From a virus (lineage: Duplodnaviria; Heunggongvirae; Uroviricota; Caudoviricetes): a stretch of DNA of 15,788 nt. The DNA is taken from the IMG/VR virus record IMGVR_UViG_2563366800_000002; one strand, written 5' to 3'. The stretch's first letter is position 1. Every line of letters starts with the position of its first letter. Position numbers and translations under genes: made by a program. Below are positions 7,671-15,251 of this stretch, piece by piece. The notes under the pieces were generated by a model that was not told where the DNA came from, did not search any database, and worked only from the letters and a program-made list of their open reading frames with translations.

Positions 7671-8816
7671 ATGAAGAAATTAATCGAACTCCGCCAGCAA
7701 AAAAACGCCCTGAAAAACCAGATGCGATCCCTGCTGGAAAAAGCCGACAGTGAAAACCGCAGCCTGAACGATGACGAGGGCAAACAGTTTGATGAACTGC
7801 GTGCAAAAGCCGATTCCCTCGACACAGAAATTTCCCGTCTTGAAGCTGTTGCGGATGAAGAACGTAACCAGCCTGGTGTTTCCGTCGAAGAGAAAATCAC
7901 CAAAGATGAACTGCGCTCTTACATTCTGACCGGGGAAACCCGCAACCTGTCCGGCAGTGTCCCGGCTGATGGTGGCTATACCGTTATTCCCGAGCTGAAT
8001 AAAGAGATTATGCGCCAGCTTGCCGATGAATCGGTGATGCGCAAAATCTGTACCGTTAAAACCATTCACAGCAATGAATTTAAGCAACCGGTTTCCGCTG
8101 GTGGCGCGGTGGTTGAGCATGGCGAGGAAGGTGCGGCACGTAACCAGACGGCAACGCCGAAACTGAACGAAGTCAGCATCCGCCTGTATCCGATCTACGC
8201 TTACCCGAAAACCACTCAGGAAATTATCGATTTTTCCGAAGTCGATATTATGAGCTGGTTATCTTCTGAAATTGGCGACACTTTCGTTGATACCGAAGAA
8301 ACGGATCTGGTTTCCGGTGACGGCGAGAAAAAAGCTAAAGGTTTCCTGGCGTTCCCGCGCACTGCGGATAACGACAAAACCCGTCCTTTCGGTACGCTCC
8401 AGACGAAAAAAGTTACTGGCAGTCTCAGCGCCGACATGCTGATTGACCTGAAATTTACGCTGCGCAATAAGTACCGCAAAAAAGCTGTATGGGTGATGAA
8501 CTCAAATACAGCCGCCTCCGCACAAAAACTGAAAAATGCCACTGGTGATTACATCTGGCGCGATCGTTTACAGGCTGGTGATCCTGATTCTCTGCTGGGG
8601 CTTCCGGTTGAATATCTGGAATTTATGCCGGACGGTGTGATTGCAGTAGGTGACTTTAAGCGCGGTTATTTCATCGTTGACCATGAAACCGGTACGCGTA
8701 CCCGTCCGGACTTCAGCGAACCCGGATTCATTAACATCTATACCCAGAAATATCTGGGCGGTGGTGTGGTGGATTCGAACGCCATCAAGATTCTGGAAAT
8801 TCAGGCTGGTGAGTAA
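7671..8816 (+). CDS. Major capsid protein, HK97-like fold, with N-terminal coiled-coil scaffold-like domain
   Basis: 381-aa ORF. Charged, heptad-like N-terminus (first 70 aa) then a capsid-like body; followed by a strong terminator and a prohead protease gene. Confidence 0.8.
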   Translation: MKKLIELRQQKNALKNQMRSLLEKADSENRSLNDDEGKQFDELRAKADSLDTEISRLEAVADEERNQPGVSVEEKITKDELRSYILTGETRNLSGSVPADGGYTVIPELNKEIMRQLADESVMRKICTVKTIHSNEFKQPVSAGGAVVEHGEEGAARNQTATPKLNEVSIRLYPIYAYPKTTQEIIDFSEVDIMSWLSSEIGDTFVDTEETDLVSGDGEKKAKGFLAFPRTADNDKTRPFGTLQTKKVTGSLSADMLIDLKFTLRNKYRKKAVWVMNSNTAASAQKLKNATGDYIWRDRLQAGDPDSLLGLPVEYLEFMPDGVIAVGDFKRGYFIVDHETGTRTRPDFSEPGFINIYTQKYLGGGVVDSNAIKILEIQAGE

Positions 8817-8822
8817 TGAGCA

Positions 8823-8845
8823 AGGAGGCTTCGGCCTCCTTTTTT
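8823..8845 (+). terminator. Intrinsic terminator (AGGAGGC - TTCG loop - GCCTCCT, then TTTTT)
   Basis: Perfect 7-bp GC-rich stem with a TTCG loop and a T-run, immediately after the capsid stop; likely partial read-through attenuation. Confidence 0.6.
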
Positions 8846-8864
8846 AGCTTCAGGGGATACACCG

Positions 8865-9425
8865 ATGAAAAACACCGATTTTGAAATCCGCACATCTGAA
8901 CTGACCGCCAGCAATAAAAAGCTGGTGGGGTATGCCGTTCGCTGGAACAGCCTTTCAGAAATTATCTGGGACGAATTCCGCGAACAGTTCACGCCGGGGG
9001 CTTTTGCTGACTATCTGGCGGCGGGTAATGATGTGCGCTGCCTGTATGAGCATGACTATACCCAACTGCTGGGGCGCACCAAATCCGGCACTCTGGTACT
9101 GACTGAGGATAACACCGGGTTACGTTTTGAACTGACACCGCCGGATACCCAGCTTGGAAAAGATGTGCTTACGCTGGTGGAGCGTGGCGACATTACAGGA
9201 ATGAGCTTTGGTTTTCGCGCATTATGCGAGGAGTGGAGTATCGCGCAAAAACCGTATTTGCGTACCGTAACCGCCGCTGAACTCCGTGAAATCACAATAA
9301 CGTCGATGCCTGCTTATCCAGAATCTGGCGTGGAGATTGCCCACCGTTCGTTGTTTGCACAGCACCCTGAATTATGCCCGACAGGAAATAATCGTCATCG
9401 CTGGTCTGAGCTGGCGGGGTTGTGA
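8865..9425 (+). CDS. Prohead maturation protease, HK97 family
   Basis: 186-aa ORF with AGGGGA RBS. N-terminal pattern (ELTASNKKLVGYAVRWNSLS...GAF...LYEHD...LGRTKSGTLVLTEDNTGL...ERGDITGMSFGF) is typical of HK97-family proteases. Confidence 0.8.
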   Translation: MKNTDFEIRTSELTASNKKLVGYAVRWNSLSEIIWDEFREQFTPGAFADYLAAGNDVRCLYEHDYTQLLGRTKSGTLVLTEDNTGLRFELTPPDTQLGKDVLTLVERGDITGMSFGFRALCEEWSIAQKPYLRTVTAAELREITITSMPAYPESGVEIAHRSLFAQHPELCPTGNNRHRWSELAGL

Positions 9426-9426
9426 T

Positions 9427-10641
9427 ATGTGGTGGCCTTTTAGTCGTAAAAAAAGCGAGCAGCGTAACCTGTCCATTGATGATTTTCTGGCGCTGTCCGG
9501 CGTACCGAATACCGGATCCGGAGAATATGTTTCTGCCGGGACGGCTGAATCATTGCCTGCAGTGATGAACGCGGTTTCTGTCATCGCTGAGGCGGTGGCC
9601 ACGATGCCGTGTTATCTGTATCTGGTACGTAATGACAAGGGCAGGGAGGCGCGGGAATGGCTGGACAGTCACCCGGTAGATATTCTGCTGAATGAGCAGC
9701 CTAATTCGTGCCAGACACCTTACCAGTTTAAACGCACAATGATGCGTCACTGCCTGCTGAACGGTAACGCCTATGCGGTTATTGAGTGGGGGCAAGACGG
9801 GCAGCCAAAATCACTTCATCCTTATGCGCCGGGGTGTGTTGTACCGGAACGCACAGGCGCACACAAATACCGCTATACCATCACCGAACCCTATACAGGA
9901 ACGGTGCGCACGTATTTACAGGAAGAAGTTCTGCATCTCCGCTATGCCTCGGATGATGGCTTTCTGGGGCGTTCCCCTGTCACGATTTGCCGTGAGGCGC
10001 TTGGGCTTGGCCTTGCTCAACAGCGCCACGGAGCCAGCATTATGAAAGATGGCATGATGGCGGCAGGGATTATCACGTCAGGCGAATGGCTGGACGGCGT
10101 GAAAGGTAAACAGGCATTAGATGCTCTGGAACGCTACAAGGGGGCGAAAAATGCCGGAAAAACGCCAATCCTTGAAGGGGGCATGGATTACAAGCAACTG
10201 GGAATGAGTAACCAGGATGCGGAATGGCTGGCCTCCCGTCGCTTCTCCATTGAAGACATCGCCCGCATGTTCAACGTATCGCCTATTTTTCTGCAGGAAT
10301 ACAGCAACAGCACCTACAGCAATTTCAGCGAGGCAAGCCGCGCGTTTCTGACCATGACAATGCGCCCATGGCTGGCGAACTTCGAACAGCAAATCAAGGC
10401 CGCTTTGCTGGTGGCTTCTCCCGTACCTGGTACCCGTTATCTGGTTGAGTTTGATTCAGCCGATTTATTACGCGCCACACCCACCGAACGTTATGCCACG
10501 TATGAGAAAGGGATTAAGAACGGGATCATGAATCCGAACGAAGCCCGTGAGCGTGAGGGTATGCCGCCGCGTGAAGGTGGTGATGAGTTCAGCCAGGCAT
10601 GGAAACAGACTGTGGAAATTAAAGGGAGAAAAGATGAGTGA
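9427..10641 (+). CDS. Portal protein, HK97 family
   Basis: ATG at 9427 directly after the protease stop (the track's 9337 start would overlap the protease by 90 nt). About 404 aa, placed next to protease and capsid. Confidence 0.8.
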   Translation: MWWPFSRKKSEQRNLSIDDFLALSGVPNTGSGEYVSAGTAESLPAVMNAVSVIAEAVATMPCYLYLVRNDKGREAREWLDSHPVDILLNEQPNSCQTPYQFKRTMMRHCLLNGNAYAVIEWGQDGQPKSLHPYAPGCVVPERTGAHKYRYTITEPYTGTVRTYLQEEVLHLRYASDDGFLGRSPVTICREALGLGLAQQRHGASIMKDGMMAAGIITSGEWLDGVKGKQALDALERYKGAKNAGKTPILEGGMDYKQLGMSNQDAEWLASRRFSIEDIARMFNVSPIFLQEYSNSTYSNFSEASRAFLTMTMRPWLANFEQQIKAALLVASPVPGTRYLVEFDSADLLRATPTERYATYEKGIKNGIMNPNEAREREGMPPREGGDEFSQAWKQTVEIKGRKDE

Positions 10642-10936
10642 AGCCAGAATTACACCTGATGAAGTCAGGGCACATCTTCGACTTGATGATGATTTATCCG
10701 GTGAAGGCGAACTTCTGAAAATGTATACCGATGCGGCGCTGGAAGCCTGCCAGAAGCATATCGGGAAACGTTTTGAAGACGGGCTGGAATTTACCCCGGC
10801 AATGCGTGTTGGTTGCCTGATGTACATCGCTTTCCTGTACGAGAACCGGGAAGCGGTTTCACCAGTGGAGCACTCGGAACTGCCTATGGCTATTTCTGCG
10901 CTCTGGTCAGTTTATCGTGACGTAGGGGTGTACTGA
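10634..10936 (+). CDS. Head-tail connector/adaptor protein (gp6-like)
   Basis: AGGGAG RBS; ATG 10634 overlaps the portal stop. About 100 aa starting MSEARITPDEVRAHLRLDDD, matching the gp6-like connector N-terminal pattern. Confidence 0.65.
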   Translation: MSEARITPDEVRAHLRLDDDLSGEGELLKMYTDAALEACQKHIGKRFEDGLEFTPAMRVGCLMYIAFLYENREAVSPVEHSELPMAISALWSVYRDVGVY

Positions 10937-11376
10937 TGCCGTGGCAACCATTAAGGCGATGCACTGAGCCTGGCTGTAATAAGCGCGTGAAGTCCGGCAA
11001 GTGTGAAGAGCACAGGCGGGCTGCATGGCGTGCAGAGGATGCCAGACGGGGACACCGCCGCGCGCGCGGGTATTCCCGACAGTGGGACAAATACCGCGCC
11101 CTGTACCTGAGCAAAAACCCGTTATGCGTGCGTTGTCTGGCTAAGGGGATTTATACGCCAGCTCTTGTGGTGGATCACATCATTCCCATCAATGGCGGCG
11201 GTGATGTTCTCTTCTGGCCTGAGTGGAATCACCAGGCATTGTGCCAGACGTGCCACAACCGTAAGACGACACGGGAAGATCCAGCCACGAAAGCAAACCG
11301 TAAAGCGGGCATGTATCGCGAGCAGGAAGAACGGGCGGCACACCGTAACGACTGGATGTATGGCGATGATGACTGA
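10936..11376 (+). CDS. HNH endonuclease (packaging-associated)
   Basis: 146-aa ORF with Cys-rich N-terminus and the HNH core VVDHIIPINGGGDVLFWPEWNHQALCQTCHNRKT. Sits just upstream of the terminase genes as in HK97-like cos packaging modules. Confidence 0.85.
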   Translation: MPWQPLRRCTEPGCNKRVKSGKCEEHRRAAWRAEDARRGHRRARGYSRQWDKYRALYLSKNPLCVRCLAKGIYTPALVVDHIIPINGGGDVLFWPEWNHQALCQTCHNRKTTREDPATKANRKAGMYREQEERAAHRNDWMYGDDD

Positions 11377-11545
11377 ACAGGAGCAAACCAGGCTGATACG
11401 TGGACTGATAAGGCAGCGTGACACATGGAAGACACAGGAGACAGAGCACAAAGCCAACAGGACAGGGCGCACAAAACGCACCACAGCGAAGCGATTAACC
11501 GACCGTGACCGCGAGGTCATGGAATGTTTTCGCAATCGCTGGTGA
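11366..11545 (+). CDS. Possible small basic protein (59 aa) overlapping the HNH stop; uncertain
   Basis: Tandem ATG at 11366 and 11369, ORF to TGA at 11545; Arg/Lys/Thr-rich product. No clear RBS; could be a non-coding part of the packaging site. Confidence 0.2.
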   Translation: MMTEQEQTRLIRGLIRQRDTWKTQETEHKANRTGRTKRTTAKRLTDRDREVMECFRNRW

Positions 11546-11553
11546 GGCCGTCA

Positions 11554-11613
11554 GAGGGGGTGGGGGTGGTTTTCAGGACGAAACCGTCCCTGCCGGACAC
11601 CGACCGCCCCCTC
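11554..11613. other. G-rich nested dyad symmetry between HNH and TerS; candidate cos / terminase recognition region
   Basis: GAGGGGGTGG (11554-11563) pairs with CCGCCCCCTC (11604-11613); inner CAGGACG ... CGTCCCTG; followed by T-rich AAATTTTTGTG. The position matches where cos lies in HK97-like genomes. Confidence 0.3.
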
Positions 11614-11663
11614 AAATTTTTGTGCACGGTAATTTTTTTGAAAATAATTGGGCGAAAAAAAAC

Positions 11664-12020
11664 ATGGCAAGACCACCAAAAGCCCCCGCTTACCTGGATG
11701 AAATCGCGGTCAGGCAGTGGAAGGAAAAATCGCGCCAGCTTTCCGGGCGGGAAGACCTTACCCCCGCCGACTGGAGCAATCTGGAACTGTATTGTGTTAA
11801 CTACTCCATATACCGCAAAGCCGTCGAAGACCTTGCGACGCGCGGGTTCAGCATTGTTAACAGTCAGGGCAGCGAGAGCAGAAACCCCGCCCTGAGCGCA
11901 AAGGCTGACGCAGAAAGAATAATGATCAAAATGGCTTCTTTGCTGGGTTTTGACCCGGTAAGCCGCCGCAGAAATCCACCGGAAACAGAGGAAGAGGACG
12001 AGCTTGACCGCCTGGCATGA
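11664..12020 (+). CDS. terS: Terminase small subunit, P27 family
   Basis: Product from ATG 11664 starts MARPPKAPAYLDE and ends ...LLGFDPVSRRRNPPE, fitting the P27-family TerS pattern. The track's longer ORF from 11505 runs through the dyad region and was not used. Confidence 0.75.
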   Translation: MARPPKAPAYLDEIAVRQWKEKSRQLSGREDLTPADWSNLELYCVNYSIYRKAVEDLATRGFSIVNSQGSESRNPALSAKADAERIMIKMASLLGFDPVSRRRNPPETEEEDELDRLA

Positions 12021-13665
12021 GTACGCAGAAGGCGTAAAAAACGGCAAAATTACGGCCTGTAAACGACTGAAACAGGCCGTTAAACGGTATTTTTCTGACC
12101 TTGAAAACCCCCTTTACACGTTCGATCCGGAGGTCGTGGAGCGGTTTATTGCCTTTTCCAGGGTGTGTCCGCACGTAAAAGGCGCAATGCGCGGTAGCCC
12201 CATTGAGCTGGAGCCGTGGCAGCAGTTCGCCTTTGCGTGCATCCTGGGCTTTAAGGTTAAGGCCACCGGACGGCGCAAATACACCAGCGCATTCATTGAA
12301 GTACCTCGAAAAAATGCCAAATCCACGGTCGCCGCTATCCTGGCTAACTGGTTTCTGGTTATGGAAAACGGGCAGCAGGATATTTACACCGCCGCCGTGA
12401 GTCGTGATCAGGCGCGGATCGTGTTTGATGATGCGCGTCAGATGTGCCTTTTATCCCGACCGTTACGAAAGCGGGTAAATATTCAGGCACACAAGGTGAT
12501 ACACCCGAAAACCAACAGTCTGTTAAAGCCACTGGCAGCAAAAGCAGCAACCATTGAAGGTACAAACCCGAGTCTTGCCATTGTGGATGAATATCACCTG
12601 CACCCTGACAACGGGGTTTATTCCGCGCTTGAACTGGGAATGGGGGCACGCCCGGAGGGGCTGTTATTTGCCATCACCACATCGGGGAGCAACGTTGTTT
12701 CAGCCTGTAAACAACACTACGACTATTGCTGCCAGATACTGGATGGTGAAGAGGTGAACGAATCCATGTTCGTTCTGATTTATGAGCTGGATGATGAAAG
12801 CGAGGTTGACGATCCGGCGATGTGGATAAAGGCGAATCCCAATATCGATGTTTCCGTAGATCGTGAAAAACTGGCCTCAACCATCCAGAAAGCGCGGGGT
12901 ATTCCGTCGCAGTGGGTGGAAATGCTCACCAAGCGATTCAATATCTGGTGTCAGGGGGCTACGCCGTGGATGGGTAACGGTGCATGGGCTGAGTGCGCCG
13001 GAACGTTCACGGAGGAAGATTTACACGGTCAGGAGTGTTACGCGGGGCTTGATTTATCATCCACAAGCGACATCTCCAGCGTGTGCTATGCCTTTCCGGT
13101 TGGTAAAACCATTATGCTGGTTTCTCGTCACTATCTGCCGGAATTTCAGCTACAGAACCCCGCCAATAAAAACCGCGCCATCTATCGCCAGTGGGCAAAG
13201 GCGGGCTGGATACGCACAACACCGGGTGACTGCATTGATTATGACCGTATCCGTGATGACATCATGGCGGATGCAGAGAATTTCAATATCAGGCTGGTGG
13301 GCTTTGATACGTGGAACGCCACGCACCTGAGAACGCAGTTACAGGGGGCAGGCTTTGAGGTGGAGCCGTTCCCTCAAACCTACCTTCGTTTCAGTCCGGC
13401 GGCGAAATCGTTCGAGGTTTTTGTTAACCGGAAGGTGATTGTGCATCGTGGTGATCCGGTGCTGGCCTGGTCAATGAGTAATGTTGTGATGCAGAGTGAC
13501 GCGAACGCCAATATCAAGCCGAACAAGAAAAAATCATCCAACAAGATAGACCCGAGCGTTGCGGCGCTGATGGCGTTTGGCACATTCCAGGCTGAGCATG
13601 AGGAATTTGCATTTGATATGAGCGACAGCCAGAAAGAGCGACTAGCGGCATTTGATGGGGTATGA
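12004..13665 (+). CDS. terL: Terminase large subunit
   Basis: 553-aa ORF. N-terminus (W.EYAEGV.NGKI.A ... IELEPWQQF) and ATPase region are typical of TerL. The only in-frame start near the N-terminus is TTG at 12004, overlapping terS by 17 nt. Confidence 0.8.
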   Translation: MTAWHEYAEGVKNGKITACKRLKQAVKRYFSDLENPLYTFDPEVVERFIAFSRVCPHVKGAMRGSPIELEPWQQFAFACILGFKVKATGRRKYTSAFIEVPRKNAKSTVAAILANWFLVMENGQQDIYTAAVSRDQARIVFDDARQMCLLSRPLRKRVNIQAHKVIHPKTNSLLKPLAAKAATIEGTNPSLAIVDEYHLHPDNGVYSALELGMGARPEGLLFAITTSGSNVVSACKQHYDYCCQILDGEEVNESMFVLIYELDDESEVDDPAMWIKANPNIDVSVDREKLASTIQKARGIPSQWVEMLTKRFNIWCQGATPWMGNGAWAECAGTFTEEDLHGQECYAGLDLSSTSDISSVCYAFPVGKTIMLVSRHYLPEFQLQNPANKNRAIYRQWAKAGWIRTTPGDCIDYDRIRDDIMADAENFNIRLVGFDTWNATHLRTQLQGAGFEVEPFPQTYLRFSPAAKSFEVFVNRKVIVHRGDPVLAWSMSNVVMQSDANANIKPNKKKSSNKIDPSVAALMAFGTFQAEHEEFAFDMSDSQKERLAAFDGV

Positions 13666-13955
13666 CGAGAATGACTGAAACCGATCTACTAAAAATAATT
13701 CGCTGCGTTACCGGAGTCTGCCAGGCAACAGGCAAACCGGAGGCCAAGCAGCCGGATACCGTCACCGCTGAAAATTACGCGCGTGTGGTGGCTAAGGTGA
13801 TGCGCCGTGACGGTATTGAGCTTAACGGCGTGGATATGCGCAACATACGAACCAGAGTCCTTGAGTTGCTGGCATACCGTCGCCGTTCTCAACAACGGAG
13901 GGAGAGCGCGAAAAATACTTACCAGTGGAAGAAGCCGGAACGGTTGCGGCGGTAG
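13662..13955 (+). CDS. Hypothetical protein, last gene of the packaging operon
   Basis: 97-aa ORF; ATG 13662 overlaps the terL TGA (ATGA). Basic C-terminus (RRRSQQRRESAK). No recognisable motif. Confidence 0.4.
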   Translation: MTRMTETDLLKIIRCVTGVCQATGKPEAKQPDTVTAENYARVVAKVMRRDGIELNGVDMRNIRTRVLELLAYRRRSQQRRESAKNTYQWKKPERLRR

Positions 13956-14294
13956 ATTCCTGATATTCAGGAAAACCACGAATCTGTGGGTTTTACTGGC
14001 GCGGTTACGGCGGTGACACGCACCGAGGCAGAACAATTACCGTAGGTTAAAGCGACAGTATTCACACCAAAGGCAGAAATTAGCGGTTAACGTAACTGAC
14101 TGATATTTTCAGGAACAGCCAACGGCTGAGGCCGGAGCTATAAGAATAGCTTTGGGTACAGTCCTCAGTTTTGAGGGATGTTAACCAACTGAATAATAAG
14201 CAAACCTCAAAATTGAGTTTTGTATCTGCCTGAGTTATTTCTGTGCTAACTTGTTGATATTCCCGACGGCCCAAAAATGGGTTGGCTGGTGGGT

Positions 14295-14412
14295 GAGTTG
14301 CAGATTTGCAACTCGACCATGAAACTACGGAAACTACCCGTAGTTTGGGTAGTAAGAGCAACACCCAGATTTTGGGGCTTACTCGCGATCCCCAAATAAA
14401 GGGGATCGGTGG
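14295..14412. repeat. 118-bp structured repeat, copy A
   Basis: Six mismatches to copy B over 118 aligned positions, no indels. Starts with the near-palindrome GAGTTGCAGATTTGCAACTC and contains further inverted repeats (AAACTACGG / CCGTAGTTT; CCCC / GGGG). Confidence 0.75.
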
Positions 14413-14442
14413 CATCACTGGCCCCACTTTCCTGATGTGTTT

Positions 14443-14594
14443 GCGGGTTATTTGGGAGAGGTTGCGGGTTATTTTGAATGACTTGCGGGTTACGATTTGG
14501 CTAACATTTGAACATGTCATTTTTCAACGCATTGATATTAAATAATAAAAAATACTTAGCACGCGAAGATAACCCGCTAACCCGCATAACCCGC
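14443..14594. repeat. Second iteron cluster: GCGGGTTAT / GCGGGTTAC x3 (14443-14493), AT-rich spacer, complement ATAACCCGC-type x3 (14569-14594)
   Basis: Same 9-mer and the same inverted layout as the origin at 6521-6643, about 7.9 kb away. Confidence 0.55.
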
Positions 14595-14728
14595 ACTGTT
14601 TTGTATATATATACGAAAAATTGCATTCAGGAGGGGTAGCAAAATCCCTACCGTCTCTTATCTCTTGGAGTGCCCGCCTCTTCGAATTTTAACCCCCGTG
14701 AAATTACAAAATTTCCCTGACTGATGGC

Positions 14729-14846
14729 GAGTTGCAGATCTGCAACTCGACTATGAAACTACGGAAACTACCCGTAGTTTGGGTAGTAAGAGTAACACCC
14801 AGATTTTGGGGCTTACTTGCGATACCCAAATACAGGGGATCGGTGG
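14729..14846. repeat. 118-bp structured repeat, copy B
   Basis: Direct repeat of 14295-14412, offset 434 bp. Here the first 20 bp form a perfect palindrome GAGTTGCAGATCTGCAACTC. Confidence 0.75.
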
Positions 14847-15251
14847 AAGAAATATCGTTTCTCATATGTGAGTACCGAGGGCGGAATTCCGCCTTCGGTT
14901 ACTTATTGTGCTCATGCACAGGGAGGGGCGGGTCAAATCTCTGTACCCTGACGTCTTCCGGACTGCCCGCTCCATCGATTTTTTATACCCGCGAAAAATG
15001 CTTCACGCTGGTGGGCATGATGCGTGGGGATGCTGATAATGGGTTATTGTGGGATAGATGTCTCATACAATAAGAGATTCATAATTTGCTTTTTAATACT
15101 GTTATACTCGCCGCCTTTCTACCGTGCTCATGCTTTCGCATATTTTCGGCTTTGTGCAATAATCCGTATATCACTCGGTGTATCACTTTTAGCTAAAATG
15201 CATGGCGTGTTTGTTAATTTAACTGATTAAAATCAGTGGGATATAAAGTTT

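Larger units (their letters stand above)
1..15015. mobile_element. Integrated phage satellite (capsid-forming PICI / P4-like): integrase, regulators, primase with iteron origin, HK97-like head and packaging genes, no tail genes
   Basis: Gene content and order; co-oriented compact operons with overlapping stops and starts; host gene hpt immediately to the right. Left end is outside the window and the right end is only approximate (att-like sequences end at 14293, 14727 and 15015). Confidence 0.6.

Noticed and set aside
7680-8120. 146-aa minus-strand ORF
   Set aside because: Antisense to the capsid gene, which has far stronger coding character and context.
11505-11663. Longer terS start at 11505
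   Set aside because: The extension is Gly/Pro-rich, reads through the G-rich dyad, and the TerS-like sequence begins only at the ATG at 11664.
11122-12047. Minus-strand ORFs of 137 and 176 aa
   Set aside because: Antisense to HNH, the candidate cos region and terS; no start context; Cys/Arg-rich frame artefacts.
14295-14846. CRISPR array as an explanation for the 118-bp repeats
   Set aside because: Only two copies, far longer than CRISPR repeats, with a 316-bp iteron-containing spacer; no cas genes.
14080-15230. ORFs 14080..14520 (-), 14306..14545 (+), 14732..15073 (+) and 15024..15230 (+)
   Set aside because: They span the structured repeats, iterons and att-like sequences, lack an RBS, and have low-complexity translations; the region is better explained as non-coding.
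13956-15251. tRNA gene at the integration junction, as expected for many P4-type integrases
   Set aside because: I could not find an acceptor-stem plus T-arm-like arrangement by eye. A tRNA could still sit at the unseen left junction; a tRNA scan would settle it.
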